From assembly GCA_964563725.1 (NCBI GenBank), contig CAZLYF010000002.1, positions 1-49,991 on the forward strand: 49,991 nucleotides of DNA, written 5' to 3'. A model generated the notes under the pieces. It ran no database searches, was not told the origin of the DNA, and saw only the letters and a list, made by a program, of their open reading frames with translations. The position numbers and the translations under genes were made by a program. Shown here in pieces: positions 32,276-40,483 of the stretch (the stretch's first letter is position 1; every line of letters starts with the position of its first letter). The stretch comes from an uncultured Oscillospiraceae bacterium (lineage in GTDB: Bacteria; Bacillota; Clostridia; Christensenellales; Aristaeellaceae).

Positions 32276-33118
32276 ATGATCAGGATCATAGCGGACAGCA
32301 CCTGCGATTTTTCTCCGGAGGAGGCGGCGTCCCTGCGTATCGACACCGTCCCCCTGACGATCCACTTCGGCCATTTGACCTACCTGGACGGGATCGACAT
32401 GACGCACGCGGAATTCTACCGGAAGCTCCGCGCCGCGGAAACCCTGCCCACCACGTCCCAGGCCAACCCGGCGCAGTTTGAGGAGCTCTTCGCGGCCCAT
32501 GCCGGCGCGGGGGACGAGATCGTCGTGATCACCATTTCCTCCCTGCTCAGCGCCACGCTGCAGTCCGCCAGGATCGCGGCGGAAAAGGTCGCCCCCGGCA
32601 GGATCCATCTGGTCGATTCGGGAAGCGCTACCTTCGGGGCGCAGCTCCTCCTGCGCGAGGCTGTCCGTCTGCGGGACGAAGGCAGGCTGGACGCGGGGCA
32701 GATCGCCCAGAGGATACGGGAAACGGCGCCGCGCCTGAGCATCTACGCGGTCGTGGACACGCTGAAATATCTCAAAATGGGAGGCAGGCTCAGCGGAAGC
32801 GCCGCCCTCATCGGCGGCTTCCTGGGCATCAAGCCGGTGGTGCAGGTGCGCGACGGCAAGGTGGAATCCGTCGGCAAGGTCCGCGGGGAGCACAGCGGCA
32901 TCAAGGCGCTGGTGGAACGCTTTGACCAGGACGGGCCCGACCTCGCCTTCGGCGTTTCCTTCGGCAACGCGGACGCCCCGGAAAGGATGGAGAAATACAT
33001 CGCGGCCTTCGGCGCCCGCCTGGATAAGACCAGGGTGTTCAAAAGCGGCATCGGAAGCGTGATCGGCACCCATTCTGGCCCCGGCGTGGTCGGCGTCGCG
33101 TACATCAAAAAGGGATAG
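32276..33118 (+). CDS. DegV-family fatty-acid-binding protein
   Basis: MIRIIADSTCDFSPEEAASLRIDTVPLTIHFG...TSQANPAQFEELF...VVITISSLLSATLQSA...LKYLKMGGRLS are DegV family blocks. Confidence 0.9.
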   Translation: MIRIIADSTCDFSPEEAASLRIDTVPLTIHFGHLTYLDGIDMTHAEFYRKLRAAETLPTTSQANPAQFEELFAAHAGAGDEIVVITISSLLSATLQSARIAAEKVAPGRIHLVDSGSATFGAQLLLREAVRLRDEGRLDAGQIAQRIRETAPRLSIYAVVDTLKYLKMGGRLSGSAALIGGFLGIKPVVQVRDGKVESVGKVRGEHSGIKALVERFDQDGPDLAFGVSFGNADAPERMEKYIAAFGARLDKTRVFKSGIGSVIGTHSGPGVVGVAYIKKG

Positions 33119-33145
33119 CCCCGCCGCGTCCGCCGCGCGGCGGCG

Positions 33146-33931
33146 TCAGAACAGGCTGCTCAGCGCCCGGACGCCTTTCCCGCAGGGATCCCTCAGATAC
33201 ACCGGCAGGCGCACGGGCGGCGGGCCCTCCCCCTCGCTGAGGCGGCCGTCCGGGACGCGCAGGGCAAAGGGCCTGCGCTCCCGCAGGGCCGCCACGTAGT
33301 CGTGGATGCTCCTGAGTGGCTTGTCGAACGCCACGCCCATCATCTGGTCGTCCGGGAACTGGCCGGCCGCGTGGATGTCCGATCCGGCGGTCATGACCAG
33401 CCCGTGTTTCCTGGCGAAACTGTAGGCCTGCCGGTCGTTTTCGGGGCGGTTTCCCCCGTTGCACACCTCGAAGGCGTCGACGCAGCCGGGGGAAAGATGG
33501 ATGGTCGGGATGTAGTCGCGGTCGCGGAAGGGATGCGCCTGCACGACGCAGCCCCCGTGGCGGCGCACCTCCTCATATTGCCTGTTCAGCGACCATCCCG
33601 CGACCTCGGGATGCCCAAGAAGCCATTCCCGGTCAAGGCCGTAGATGAGGTAGTCATCCCCGTCATAGGTCTCCTCCCACCCAAAGAAGACGGAAAGGCC
33701 CGCCGCTTCCCCCGCTTCCCGCGTTTCCTCATAGCCGCTCATGAACGCCCCGATGAAGCGCTCCCACGGGAGGGCCGCGTCGGCGGCGCAGTTGCCGTGG
33801 ATGAAATGGTCGGTCACGATGAGGCCGGCGTAACCCAGACCCTTGTAGCGGGCGACGTACTCAGGCCCCCTGGAGCGGCCGCACAGGCTGCCCAGGGCGG
33901 TATGAAGGTGGGTCTCGTAGACGTAAGGCAT
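33146..33931 (-). CDS. PHP-domain metal-dependent phosphoesterase
   Basis: MPYVYETHLHTALGSLCGRS...GLIVTDHF...AHPFRDRDY...GSDIH are PHP His/Asp metal-ligand motifs. The start overlaps the rhaB stop (TGATG). Confidence 0.75.
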   Translation of the reverse strand: MPYVYETHLHTALGSLCGRSRGPEYVARYKGLGYAGLIVTDHFIHGNCAADAALPWERFIGAFMSGYEETREAGEAAGLSVFFGWEETYDGDDYLIYGLDREWLLGHPEVAGWSLNRQYEEVRRHGGCVVQAHPFRDRDYIPTIHLSPGCVDAFEVCNGGNRPENDRQAYSFARKHGLVMTAGSDIHAAGQFPDDQMMGVAFDKPLRSIHDYVAALRERRPFALRVPDGRLSEGEGPPPVRLPVYLRDPCGKGVRALSSLF

Positions 33932-35346
33932 CAGGCCCCTTCCTGCGCGGGCAGGTACTTGACCACGTCCGCGCCCTGGCGCACCATGCGGCGCGCCTCC
34001 TTCAGGCCGGCGATCTCCCCGTCCGCGATCATCTGGGCGATCAGGTTGCCCAGCGCCGTCCCTTCCGCGGGGCCCGCGTACACGGGCAAGCCGGTGGCGT
34101 CGGCCGTCATCTGGTTGAGCACCTTGTCCCGGCTGCCGCCGCCGACGATGTTCAGGGACGTGAATTGCGTCCCGGTGAGCGCCGCAAGATCCCGGACGGA
34201 ATCCCTGTAGCAGGCCGCCAGGCTGGAATACACGCTCAGCAGCAGGCCGCCGAGGGTCTCGGGGGGCGGAAAGCCCCGTTCCGATAGCGCGGAGCGGATC
34301 TCGGCCGACATGCTGTCCGGCTTGAGGAAGCGGTTGTCCGACACATTGAAGATCCCGCCGCAGGCCTGTCCGCCCAGGGAGGCGCTGCGTGCCATCTGGG
34401 CCATCTCGTCATAGGAGAAGGCCTTGTTGTGCTCCCGGCGGATGCTCTGCAGGATCCACATGCCCATGATGTTCTTCAGAAGCCGGATCCTGCCCCCGTA
34501 GCCGCCTTCGTTGGTGAATCCGGAGGCGAGCGCTTCGGGCGTCGTGAGGGGCTCGTCCCTGTCCACCCCGAGCAGGCTCCAGGTGCCGCTTGAGAGGTAC
34601 ACGGCCTGTTCGTCCCGGGCGGGGATGGCCATGAAGGCGCTGGCGGTGTCGTGGGAGGCAGGCAGGACGACGTCGCAGCTGTAGCCCACCCGCGACTGCA
34701 CGTCCCGCTGAAGCGTTCCAAGGCGCGTCCCGGGCAGGGAGGGCCTGTCCGGGAAGAGCGATCCGGGGATGCCGGCCGCCCTGAGCACCTCGCGGTCCCA
34801 GTCCCGCTCCGCGGCGTTGAGGAGCGCGGCGGTCGAGGCGATGGAATACTCGTTTCTCATTTCGCCGCACAGGCGGAAGGCGAAATATTCCGGGAGGAAG
34901 AGGCAGCGGGCTGCCGCCCGCAGGTCCCTTTCCGGCGTGGCCATCAGCTGGTAGAGCGTGTTGAACGGCTGTTTCGCGGTGCCGGTCCGCCGGTAGAGTT
35001 CGCTCAAGGTCAGGGATTCCTCAAGTTTCCTGTCCACGCCTTCGGTCCGCTTGTCCCTGTACGCGAAGGCGTCCCCGACCCGCCGGCCCTGCCCGTCCAG
35101 GAGCACGTAATCGACGCCCCAGGTGTCGACGGCGACAGAACGGGGCGGCTCGGCGCCGCACGCTTCCATGCCGCGCAGGACCTCCTCCGTCAGCAGGTCC
35201 ACGTCCCACAGGAGCCTCCCGCCGTCCTCGAGCATCCTGTTTTCGAAGCGGTACACCTCTGTCATGGCGATCAGGCCGTTTTCCACATGTCCCAGGATGT
35301 GGCGGCCGCCGGAAGCCCCGATGTCTACGGCAAGATAGCGTTTCAT
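33931..35346 (-). CDS. rhaB: Rhamnulokinase
   Basis: ATG at 35346 (minus strand). YLAVDIGASGGRHILG, DTWGVDYVLLD, AYRDKRT, FNTLYQL, ASHDTASAF, YLSSGTWSLLG, TNEGGYGGRIRLLKNIMGMWILQ and NIVGGGSRD align block by block with E. coli RhaB as I recall it. Confidence 0.85.
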   Translation of the reverse strand: MKRYLAVDIGASGGRHILGHVENGLIAMTEVYRFENRMLEDGGRLLWDVDLLTEEVLRGMEACGAEPPRSVAVDTWGVDYVLLDGQGRRVGDAFAYRDKRTEGVDRKLEESLTLSELYRRTGTAKQPFNTLYQLMATPERDLRAAARCLFLPEYFAFRLCGEMRNEYSIASTAALLNAAERDWDREVLRAAGIPGSLFPDRPSLPGTRLGTLQRDVQSRVGYSCDVVLPASHDTASAFMAIPARDEQAVYLSSGTWSLLGVDRDEPLTTPEALASGFTNEGGYGGRIRLLKNIMGMWILQSIRREHNKAFSYDEMAQMARSASLGGQACGGIFNVSDNRFLKPDSMSAEIRSALSERGFPPPETLGGLLLSVYSSLAACYRDSVRDLAALTGTQFTSLNIVGGGSRDKVLNQMTADATGLPVYAGPAEGTALGNLIAQMIADGEIAGLKEARRMVRQGADVVKYLPAQEGA

Positions 35347-35359
35347 CCGGTTTCCCTCC

Positions 35360-36775
35360 TTAGGATGGCGGCAGGGCGCCGGCCGCCGGGCCTGCGCGCG
35401 CCGGCAGCCTGCCCCGCCAGGTTCCGTAACGGTAGGCAAGCAGGTTGAGGAAGGCCCCGATGGTCCAGGTGAGCAGCATCGAGATGAACACCGATTCGGG
35501 CAGGCCGTTGGGGTGCTGGGCGCTTCGGGTCAGGGAAGCGAGCAGGTAGGCCGCCGGGACGCGCAGCACCACGGAGACCAGGATCGATATCCACATGGGG
35601 GTCACCGTGTCGCCCGCGCCGCGCATCGCGCCCGAAAGGGACTGCAGGACCGCCATGGCGACATAGCCGAAGGCCAGGATCCGCATCATGCGCATCGACA
35701 GGTCGATCAGCTCCTCTGTGTCCGTGAAAAGCCCCATCAGGCCGCGCCCGAACAGGAGGATCGCCGCGGTCAGCGCCGTCGCGACGCCTACGGCCAGCAG
35801 GGTCCCTTGTCTGGCGCCGCGCCTGATGCGGTCGGCTTTCCCCGCGCCCGCATTCTGCCCCACAAAGGTGGTCAGGGCCTGGCCGAAGGAGAAGCTGGGC
35901 ATCATGGCGAAACCATCCACGCGCATGACGATCACGGTGCAGGCGACGAAGGCGGGCCCGAAACTGTTCTGCAGGCGGCTCACCAGCAGCATGGCCACGG
36001 AGAAGATCGCCTGGGTGATCCCCGTGGGCAGGCCCAGCCTGAGGATGCCCGAAGCCGTGCGCCGCTTGAGCCTCAGCGTGGACAGGCCGATGTCAAACAC
36101 CTCCGTCATCCGCCTGAGCTTCAGCGCGCAAAGCGCCGCCGAGATCGCCTGCGCCAGGACGGTCGCCAGCGCCACGCCGGTCACGCCCAGGCCGAAGCTG
36201 ACCACAAACCACAGGTCCAGCAGGATGTTGAGCAGGGTGGACAAAAGCAGGAAACCAAGGGCGGAAAACGAGTCCCCGAGCCCGCGCAGGATGCCCGCCA
36301 GCACGTTGTAGTACATGAAGCCCGCGATGCCAAGGAAAAAGATGCGCAGATAACTTGCGGACCAGGCGATGTACACGGCCGGCGTGTTCAGGAGCCGCAG
36401 CACCGGGAGGGAGAGCGTGACCCCGGCCGCGAGAACGATCAGGGAGGCGACGGCCGTCATCGTGATGCAGTTTCCGATGGTATCCGACAGGCTCCCGCGG
36501 TCCCGGGCGCCGAAGTGCTGGGCCACCAGGATCCCGGCGCCCGTGGAGATGCCCACAAAGAGGGCCAGGAGAAAATTAAGGATCGGAAAAGCGCTGCCCA
36601 CGGCGGCCAGCGCATGGTCCCCCACATATTTGCCCACGATGGCGGAGTCCGCGGCGTTGTAGAGCTGCTGGGCAAAGTTGCCAACGAGCATGGGGACGGC
36701 GAATTCAAGGATCCTCTTCCACGGCGCGCCACGGGTCATGTCGCGGGGGGAAAACAAGCTTCTGAGCCGGCGCAT
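35360..36775 (-). CDS. MATE-family efflux transporter
   Basis: 471 aa, about 12 TM segments. N-terminal ILEFAVPMLVGNFAQQLYNAADSAIVGKYVGDHALAAVG is the canonical MATE (NorM/DinF) opening motif. Confidence 0.9.
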   Translation of the reverse strand: MRRLRSLFSPRDMTRGAPWKRILEFAVPMLVGNFAQQLYNAADSAIVGKYVGDHALAAVGSAFPILNFLLALFVGISTGAGILVAQHFGARDRGSLSDTIGNCITMTAVASLIVLAAGVTLSLPVLRLLNTPAVYIAWSASYLRIFFLGIAGFMYYNVLAGILRGLGDSFSALGFLLLSTLLNILLDLWFVVSFGLGVTGVALATVLAQAISAALCALKLRRMTEVFDIGLSTLRLKRRTASGILRLGLPTGITQAIFSVAMLLVSRLQNSFGPAFVACTVIVMRVDGFAMMPSFSFGQALTTFVGQNAGAGKADRIRRGARQGTLLAVGVATALTAAILLFGRGLMGLFTDTEELIDLSMRMMRILAFGYVAMAVLQSLSGAMRGAGDTVTPMWISILVSVVLRVPAAYLLASLTRSAQHPNGLPESVFISMLLTWTIGAFLNLLAYRYGTWRGRLPARAGPAAGALPPS

Positions 36776-36903
36776 TCCTGACCTTTCCTGCCTTGCGGCG
36801 CCTGGATTATATCAAAGCGGACGGCCCGTGACAACCGGAGGACGCCGGCCCCTTCGGCCCGGTCGCCTGGCTGGGCAGCCTAACCTTTTTTGCTTCTTTT
36901 CGC

Positions 36904-36932
36904 TTGACAGGCGCCCGCGGCCGGTGTACCAT
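36904..36932 (+). promoter_or_regulatory. Promoter of the feo operon
   Basis: TTGACA (36904-36909), 17-nt spacer, TACCAT (36927-36932). The -10 element sits inside the inverted repeat CCGGTGT-n6-ACACCGG (36921-36940). Confidence 0.55.
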
Positions 36933-36940
36933 GACACCGG

Positions 36941-36958
36941 TGTTAGTTATAACTAACA
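36941..36958 (+). promoter_or_regulatory. Perfect 18-bp palindrome, probable metalloregulator (DtxR/MntR-type) operator
   Basis: TGTTAGTTATAACTAACA is its own reverse complement (checked base by base). It lies between the -10 element and the feoA RBS. The half-site TTAGTTA resembles DtxR/IdeR TTAGGTTA half-sites. Confidence 0.6.
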
Positions 36959-36973
36959 GCGAGGTGCGGACAG

Positions 36974-37198
36974 ATGACATTGGACCAGTTGCCCGTAGGA
37001 CAGACGGCGAGGATCACGAAGGTGGACGGCGAGGGCCCGCTGCGGCTCCGGCTGCTGGACATGGGGCTGATCCCCAAAACCGCCGTGACCATCCAGAAGA
37101 CCGCGCCCCTGGGGGATCCCATCGAGATGGTGCTGCGCGGCTACTCCCTGACGCTGAGGCTGGAGGACGCGCGCAGCATCGAGGTGGCGCAGCCTTGA
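36974..37198 (+). CDS. feoA: Ferrous iron transport protein A
   Basis: 74 aa. LDQLPVGQTARITKVDGEGPLRLRLLDMGLIPKTAVTIQKTAPLGDPIEM is the FeoA SH3-like domain. Confidence 0.9.
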   Translation: MTLDQLPVGQTARITKVDGEGPLRLRLLDMGLIPKTAVTIQKTAPLGDPIEMVLRGYSLTLRLEDARSIEVAQP

Positions 37199-39204
37199 TT
37201 TTCGCGCTCGTGGGCAACCAGAACAGCGGGAAGACCACGCTGTTCAACCAGCTGACCGGCTCAAGGCAGCACGTCGGCAATTTCCCCGGCGTCACCGTCG
37301 AGCAGAAAACGGGCATTGTCCGCGGCGCCAGGGACGTGCTTGTCGTGGATCTGCCGGGGATCTACTCGCTCCGCTCATTTTCAAGCGAAGAAAAGGTTAC
37401 CAGGGACTTCATCCTGACCCAGAAGCCCGACGGGATCATCAACATCGTCGACGCGACCAGCATCGAAAGGAACCTGTACCTGACGCTGCAGCTGGCCGAG
37501 ATGAGGATCCCCATGGTGCTCGCCCTCAACATGATGGACGAGGTCAGGGGCAACGGAGGCGCCATCGACATCGCCAAACTGAGCGAGGGGCTGGGCATCC
37601 CGGTGGTCCCCATCAGCGCGGCCAAAAACGAGGGCATCGAAGAGCTCATCAGGCAGGCCGCGCGCGTCGCTGCCGATGGCATCCTTCCCCTCCGCCATGA
37701 TTTCTGCGAGCCCGGGCCCGTGCACCGCTGCATCCACGCCGTAACGCACGCGGTGGAGGACCACGCGCAGAAGCGAGGCATCTCCCCCCGCTTTGCCGCG
37801 ACCAAGCTGGTGGAGGGCGACGGGACCATGCTTGAAAGGCTTGGCCTGGGGGCCAACGAGATCGAACTCATCGACCACAGCGTCAGGGAAATGCAGGACG
37901 AAAGCGGCATGGATCGCAACGAGGCCCTGGCAGACATGCGGTATTCCTTCATCCAGGACCTCTGCGCCGGCTGCGTCAGGAAGGGCGACAGCAGCAGGGA
38001 AAGGGTGCGCAGCGTCCGCATCGACGCCGTGCTGACGCACCGGCTTTTCGGGCTCCCGATCTTTTTCGCGGTGATGCTTGCGATCTTCTATCTCACCTTC
38101 GACGTCATCGGGTCGGGACTGGCGGATCTGCTGGGCCAAGGCATCGACTTGGCCTCCGCCGCAACGGACCGGGCGCTTCACGCCTTTGGCATCAACCCCG
38201 TGGTGCACAGCCTCGTGATCGACGGCGTGTTCGCGGGCTTGGGGAGCGTGCTGAGCTTCCTGCCCATCATCGTGGTGCTGTTCTTTTTCCTCTCCATCCT
38301 GGAAGACAGCGGCTACATGGCGCGCATCGCCTTCATCATGGACAAGGCGCTCAGGAAGATCGGCCTGTCGGGGCGCAGCATCGTGCCCATGCTGATCGGC
38401 TTTGGCTGCACGGTGCCGGCCGTGATGGCGGCCAGGACCCTCTCTTCCCGGCGGGACAGGATCATGACCGTGCTGCTGACCCCGTTCATGAGCTGCTCGG
38501 CGAAGATTCCCGTCTACGCGCTGTTTTCGGCGGCCTTCTTCCGGGACAGGCAGGCCGCGGTGATGCTCGTCCTGTACGCCTCGGGCATCCTCATCGGCCT
38601 TCTGTCCGCCTTTATCTTGGGCCGGACGCTGCTCAAGGGGGGCGCGATGCCCTTCATCATGGAACTGCCCAACTACCGTTTCCCATCGTTCAAAAGCGTG
38701 GTCCTGCTGATGTGGGACAAGGCGAAGGACTTCCTGCAGCGCGCGTTCACGGTGATCTTCATCGCCACCCTCGCCGTGTGGTTCCTCAGGTCCTTTGACG
38801 TGCGACTCAACCCCGTCGGGGACGCCGCCGGGAGCATGCTCGCGTCGATCGGCCGCTGGATCGCGCCCGCTTTTGCGCCGCTGGGATTCGCGGACTGGCG
38901 GGCGGCGACGGCCCTGGTGACGGGGCTCAGCGCGAAGGAGACCGTGGTCAGCACCTTCAGCGTGCTGACGGGCGCCTCGGCGACCGGGCTGGCGGACGTG
39001 TTGGGCGCTTTGTTCACGCCGCTGTCGGCAGCGAGTTTTTTGAGCTTTGTCCTGCTCTACACCCCCTGCGTCGCCGCGGTCGCGGTGACGCGGCGCGAGC
39101 TCAGCTCCCGCGCGATCGCCGCGGGAATGGTCGCCTTTCAGGTCGCGCTCGCCTGGCTCGTGTCCCTTGCGGTGTTTCAGCTGGGCCGCCTGATCACAGG
39201 ATAG
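37195..39204 (+). CDS. feoB: Ferrous iron transporter B (G-protein + permease)
   Basis: TTG at 37195 overlaps the feoA stop (TTGA). G1 GNQNSGKTTLFNQLTG, G2/G3 GVTVE...DLPGIYSL, followed by the gate-motif-containing polytopic membrane domain. The 97-aa ORF-track extension from 36904 overlaps feoA out of frame. Confidence 0.9.
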   Translation: MIFALVGNQNSGKTTLFNQLTGSRQHVGNFPGVTVEQKTGIVRGARDVLVVDLPGIYSLRSFSSEEKVTRDFILTQKPDGIINIVDATSIERNLYLTLQLAEMRIPMVLALNMMDEVRGNGGAIDIAKLSEGLGIPVVPISAAKNEGIEELIRQAARVAADGILPLRHDFCEPGPVHRCIHAVTHAVEDHAQKRGISPRFAATKLVEGDGTMLERLGLGANEIELIDHSVREMQDESGMDRNEALADMRYSFIQDLCAGCVRKGDSSRERVRSVRIDAVLTHRLFGLPIFFAVMLAIFYLTFDVIGSGLADLLGQGIDLASAATDRALHAFGINPVVHSLVIDGVFAGLGSVLSFLPIIVVLFFFLSILEDSGYMARIAFIMDKALRKIGLSGRSIVPMLIGFGCTVPAVMAARTLSSRRDRIMTVLLTPFMSCSAKIPVYALFSAAFFRDRQAAVMLVLYASGILIGLLSAFILGRTLLKGGAMPFIMELPNYRFPSFKSVVLLMWDKAKDFLQRAFTVIFIATLAVWFLRSFDVRLNPVGDAAGSMLASIGRWIAPAFAPLGFADWRAATALVTGLSAKETVVSTFSVLTGASATGLADVLGALFTPLSAASFLSFVLLYTPCVAAVAVTRRELSSRAIAAGMVAFQVALAWLVSLAVFQLGRLITG

Positions 39205-39213
39205 GAGGAAGGG

Positions 39214-39381
39214 ATGACGGTCCTTGACTGGCTGCTGGTGCTTCTTCTCGTTTCCTGGGCTGTTTTTGCGCTCCGGTTTGGAAGGAAGAAACCGTCCGGA
39301 GGCGGCTGCGGCGGCCGCTGCGCCGGCTGCACCGGCGCCTGCGGGTTGCCGGGAAGGAGCGGGCCGGAGGAGGGGCCGTGA
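39214..39381 (+). CDS. FeoB-associated Cys-rich small membrane protein (55 aa; below the ORF-track size cutoff)
   Basis: Hand translation: MTVLDWLLVLLLVSWAVFALRFGRKKPSGGGCGGRCAGCTGACGLPGRSGPEEGP. One TM helix plus a Gly/Cys cluster. GGAGGAAGGG RBS 10 nt after the feoB stop. Its stop overlaps the next GTG start. Confidence 0.7.
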   Translation: MTVLDWLLVLLLVSWAVFALRFGRKKPSGGGCGGRCAGCTGACGLPGRSGPEEGP

Positions 39382-39767
39382 GGGGCAGCGAATCCCTGGA
39401 AGATTATCTGGAAACCATCCTCATGCTGAGCGGCAGAGGCACGGAAATCCGCGGCGCGGACGTCGCCAGGGCGCTTCGCTTTTCCAGGCCCTCAGTGAGC
39501 GTCGCGATGAAAAAGCTCAGGGAGTCGGGGATGGTCGACGTCGACGCTCGCGGCTGCATCAGGCTGACGGACAGGGGACTCGCCGCCGCGGAGCCAGTCT
39601 ATGAGCGGCACCGCGTCATCGCCCTGGCGCTGATGGAGCTGGGGGTCAGCGAGGCGACCGCCTGCGCTGACGCCTGCAGGATCGAGCACGCCATCAGCGA
39701 GGAGAGCTACCTGGCCGTCAAGGAACGCCTGATGAGGGCGCGCGAAGACAGGAGCGCCGGCGGCTGA
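39378..39767 (+). CDS. DtxR/MntR-family metal-dependent transcriptional regulator (no SH3 domain)
   Basis: SLEDYLETILMLSGRGTEIRGADVARALRFSRPSVSVAMKKLRESGMVDVD...LTDRGLAAAEPVYERHRVIALAL...ACRIEHAISEE matches the HTH and metal-site helices of the family. Confidence 0.85.
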   Translation: MRGSESLEDYLETILMLSGRGTEIRGADVARALRFSRPSVSVAMKKLRESGMVDVDARGCIRLTDRGLAAAEPVYERHRVIALALMELGVSEATACADACRIEHAISEESYLAVKERLMRAREDRSAGG

Positions 39768-39865
39768 CAGGCGACGCGGCGCTGCTTTCCCCGCCCGCGG
39801 GGATTGACGGCGCGCCCCCTATGTGATATCCTGCACAAGGATCAATTTTATGGAGGGATTTCGCA

Positions 39866-40396
39866 ATGAAGAAGCTCGTTTCCCTGCTCCTCTCAGCCCT
39901 TCTGGTCGTGGGCATGGTTTCCGCCGCAGGCGCCGATACGCTCGGCCTGGGCATGGTCACCTCAGTGGGCAGCCGCGCCGACGCCGGCGAGAAAAACGGC
40001 AGCGCCCAGGTGAACACCACCGTCTGCACGCTGCTTCTTGACGCCGAAGGCAAGATCAAGGCCGTGCAGTTCGACGTGCAGCAGACCAAGATCCAGTTCA
40101 CCGCCGAAGGCAAGCTGGCCGACGTCCCCGAAGCCCCGCTGACCAAGATCGAAAAGGGCGACGCCTACGGCATGCGCGGCGCCAGCGGCATCGGCAAGGA
40201 GTGGTTCGAGCAGATCCACGTCTTCGAAGCCTACTGCGTCGGCAAGACCGTTGCGGAAGTGCTCGCCATCGAGACCTACGAGCGCGACGCCAATCACCCG
40301 AAGGTCCCTGCGGCCGAGGACATGAAGAGCTCCGTGACCATCAGCGTGGGAGACTACCTGGCCGCCCTGGAGAAGGCCGCTGCCGCCGCGAAGTAA
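39866..40396 (+). CDS. Secreted protein of unknown function
   Basis: Signal peptide MKKLVSLLLSALLVVGMVSAAGA, GGAGGGA RBS, 176 aa. No family recognised by eye. Confidence 0.65.
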   Translation: MKKLVSLLLSALLVVGMVSAAGADTLGLGMVTSVGSRADAGEKNGSAQVNTTVCTLLLDAEGKIKAVQFDVQQTKIQFTAEGKLADVPEAPLTKIEKGDAYGMRGASGIGKEWFEQIHVFEAYCVGKTVAEVLAIETYERDANHPKVPAAEDMKSSVTISVGDYLAALEKAAAAAK

Positions 40397-40418
40397 GCCT
40401 TTTATTCCGAAACCCTTT

Positions 40419-40450
40419 GCCGCCCGCTCTCCCGGGCGGCCTTTGTTTGT
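40419..40450 (+). terminator. Rho-independent terminator
   Basis: GCCGCCCG-ctctcc-CGGGCGGC (8-bp GC stem) followed by CTTTGTTTGT. Confidence 0.7.
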
Positions 40451-40483
40451 GTCCCGCGGGGGTGGTGGTATACTGAAACGGCC

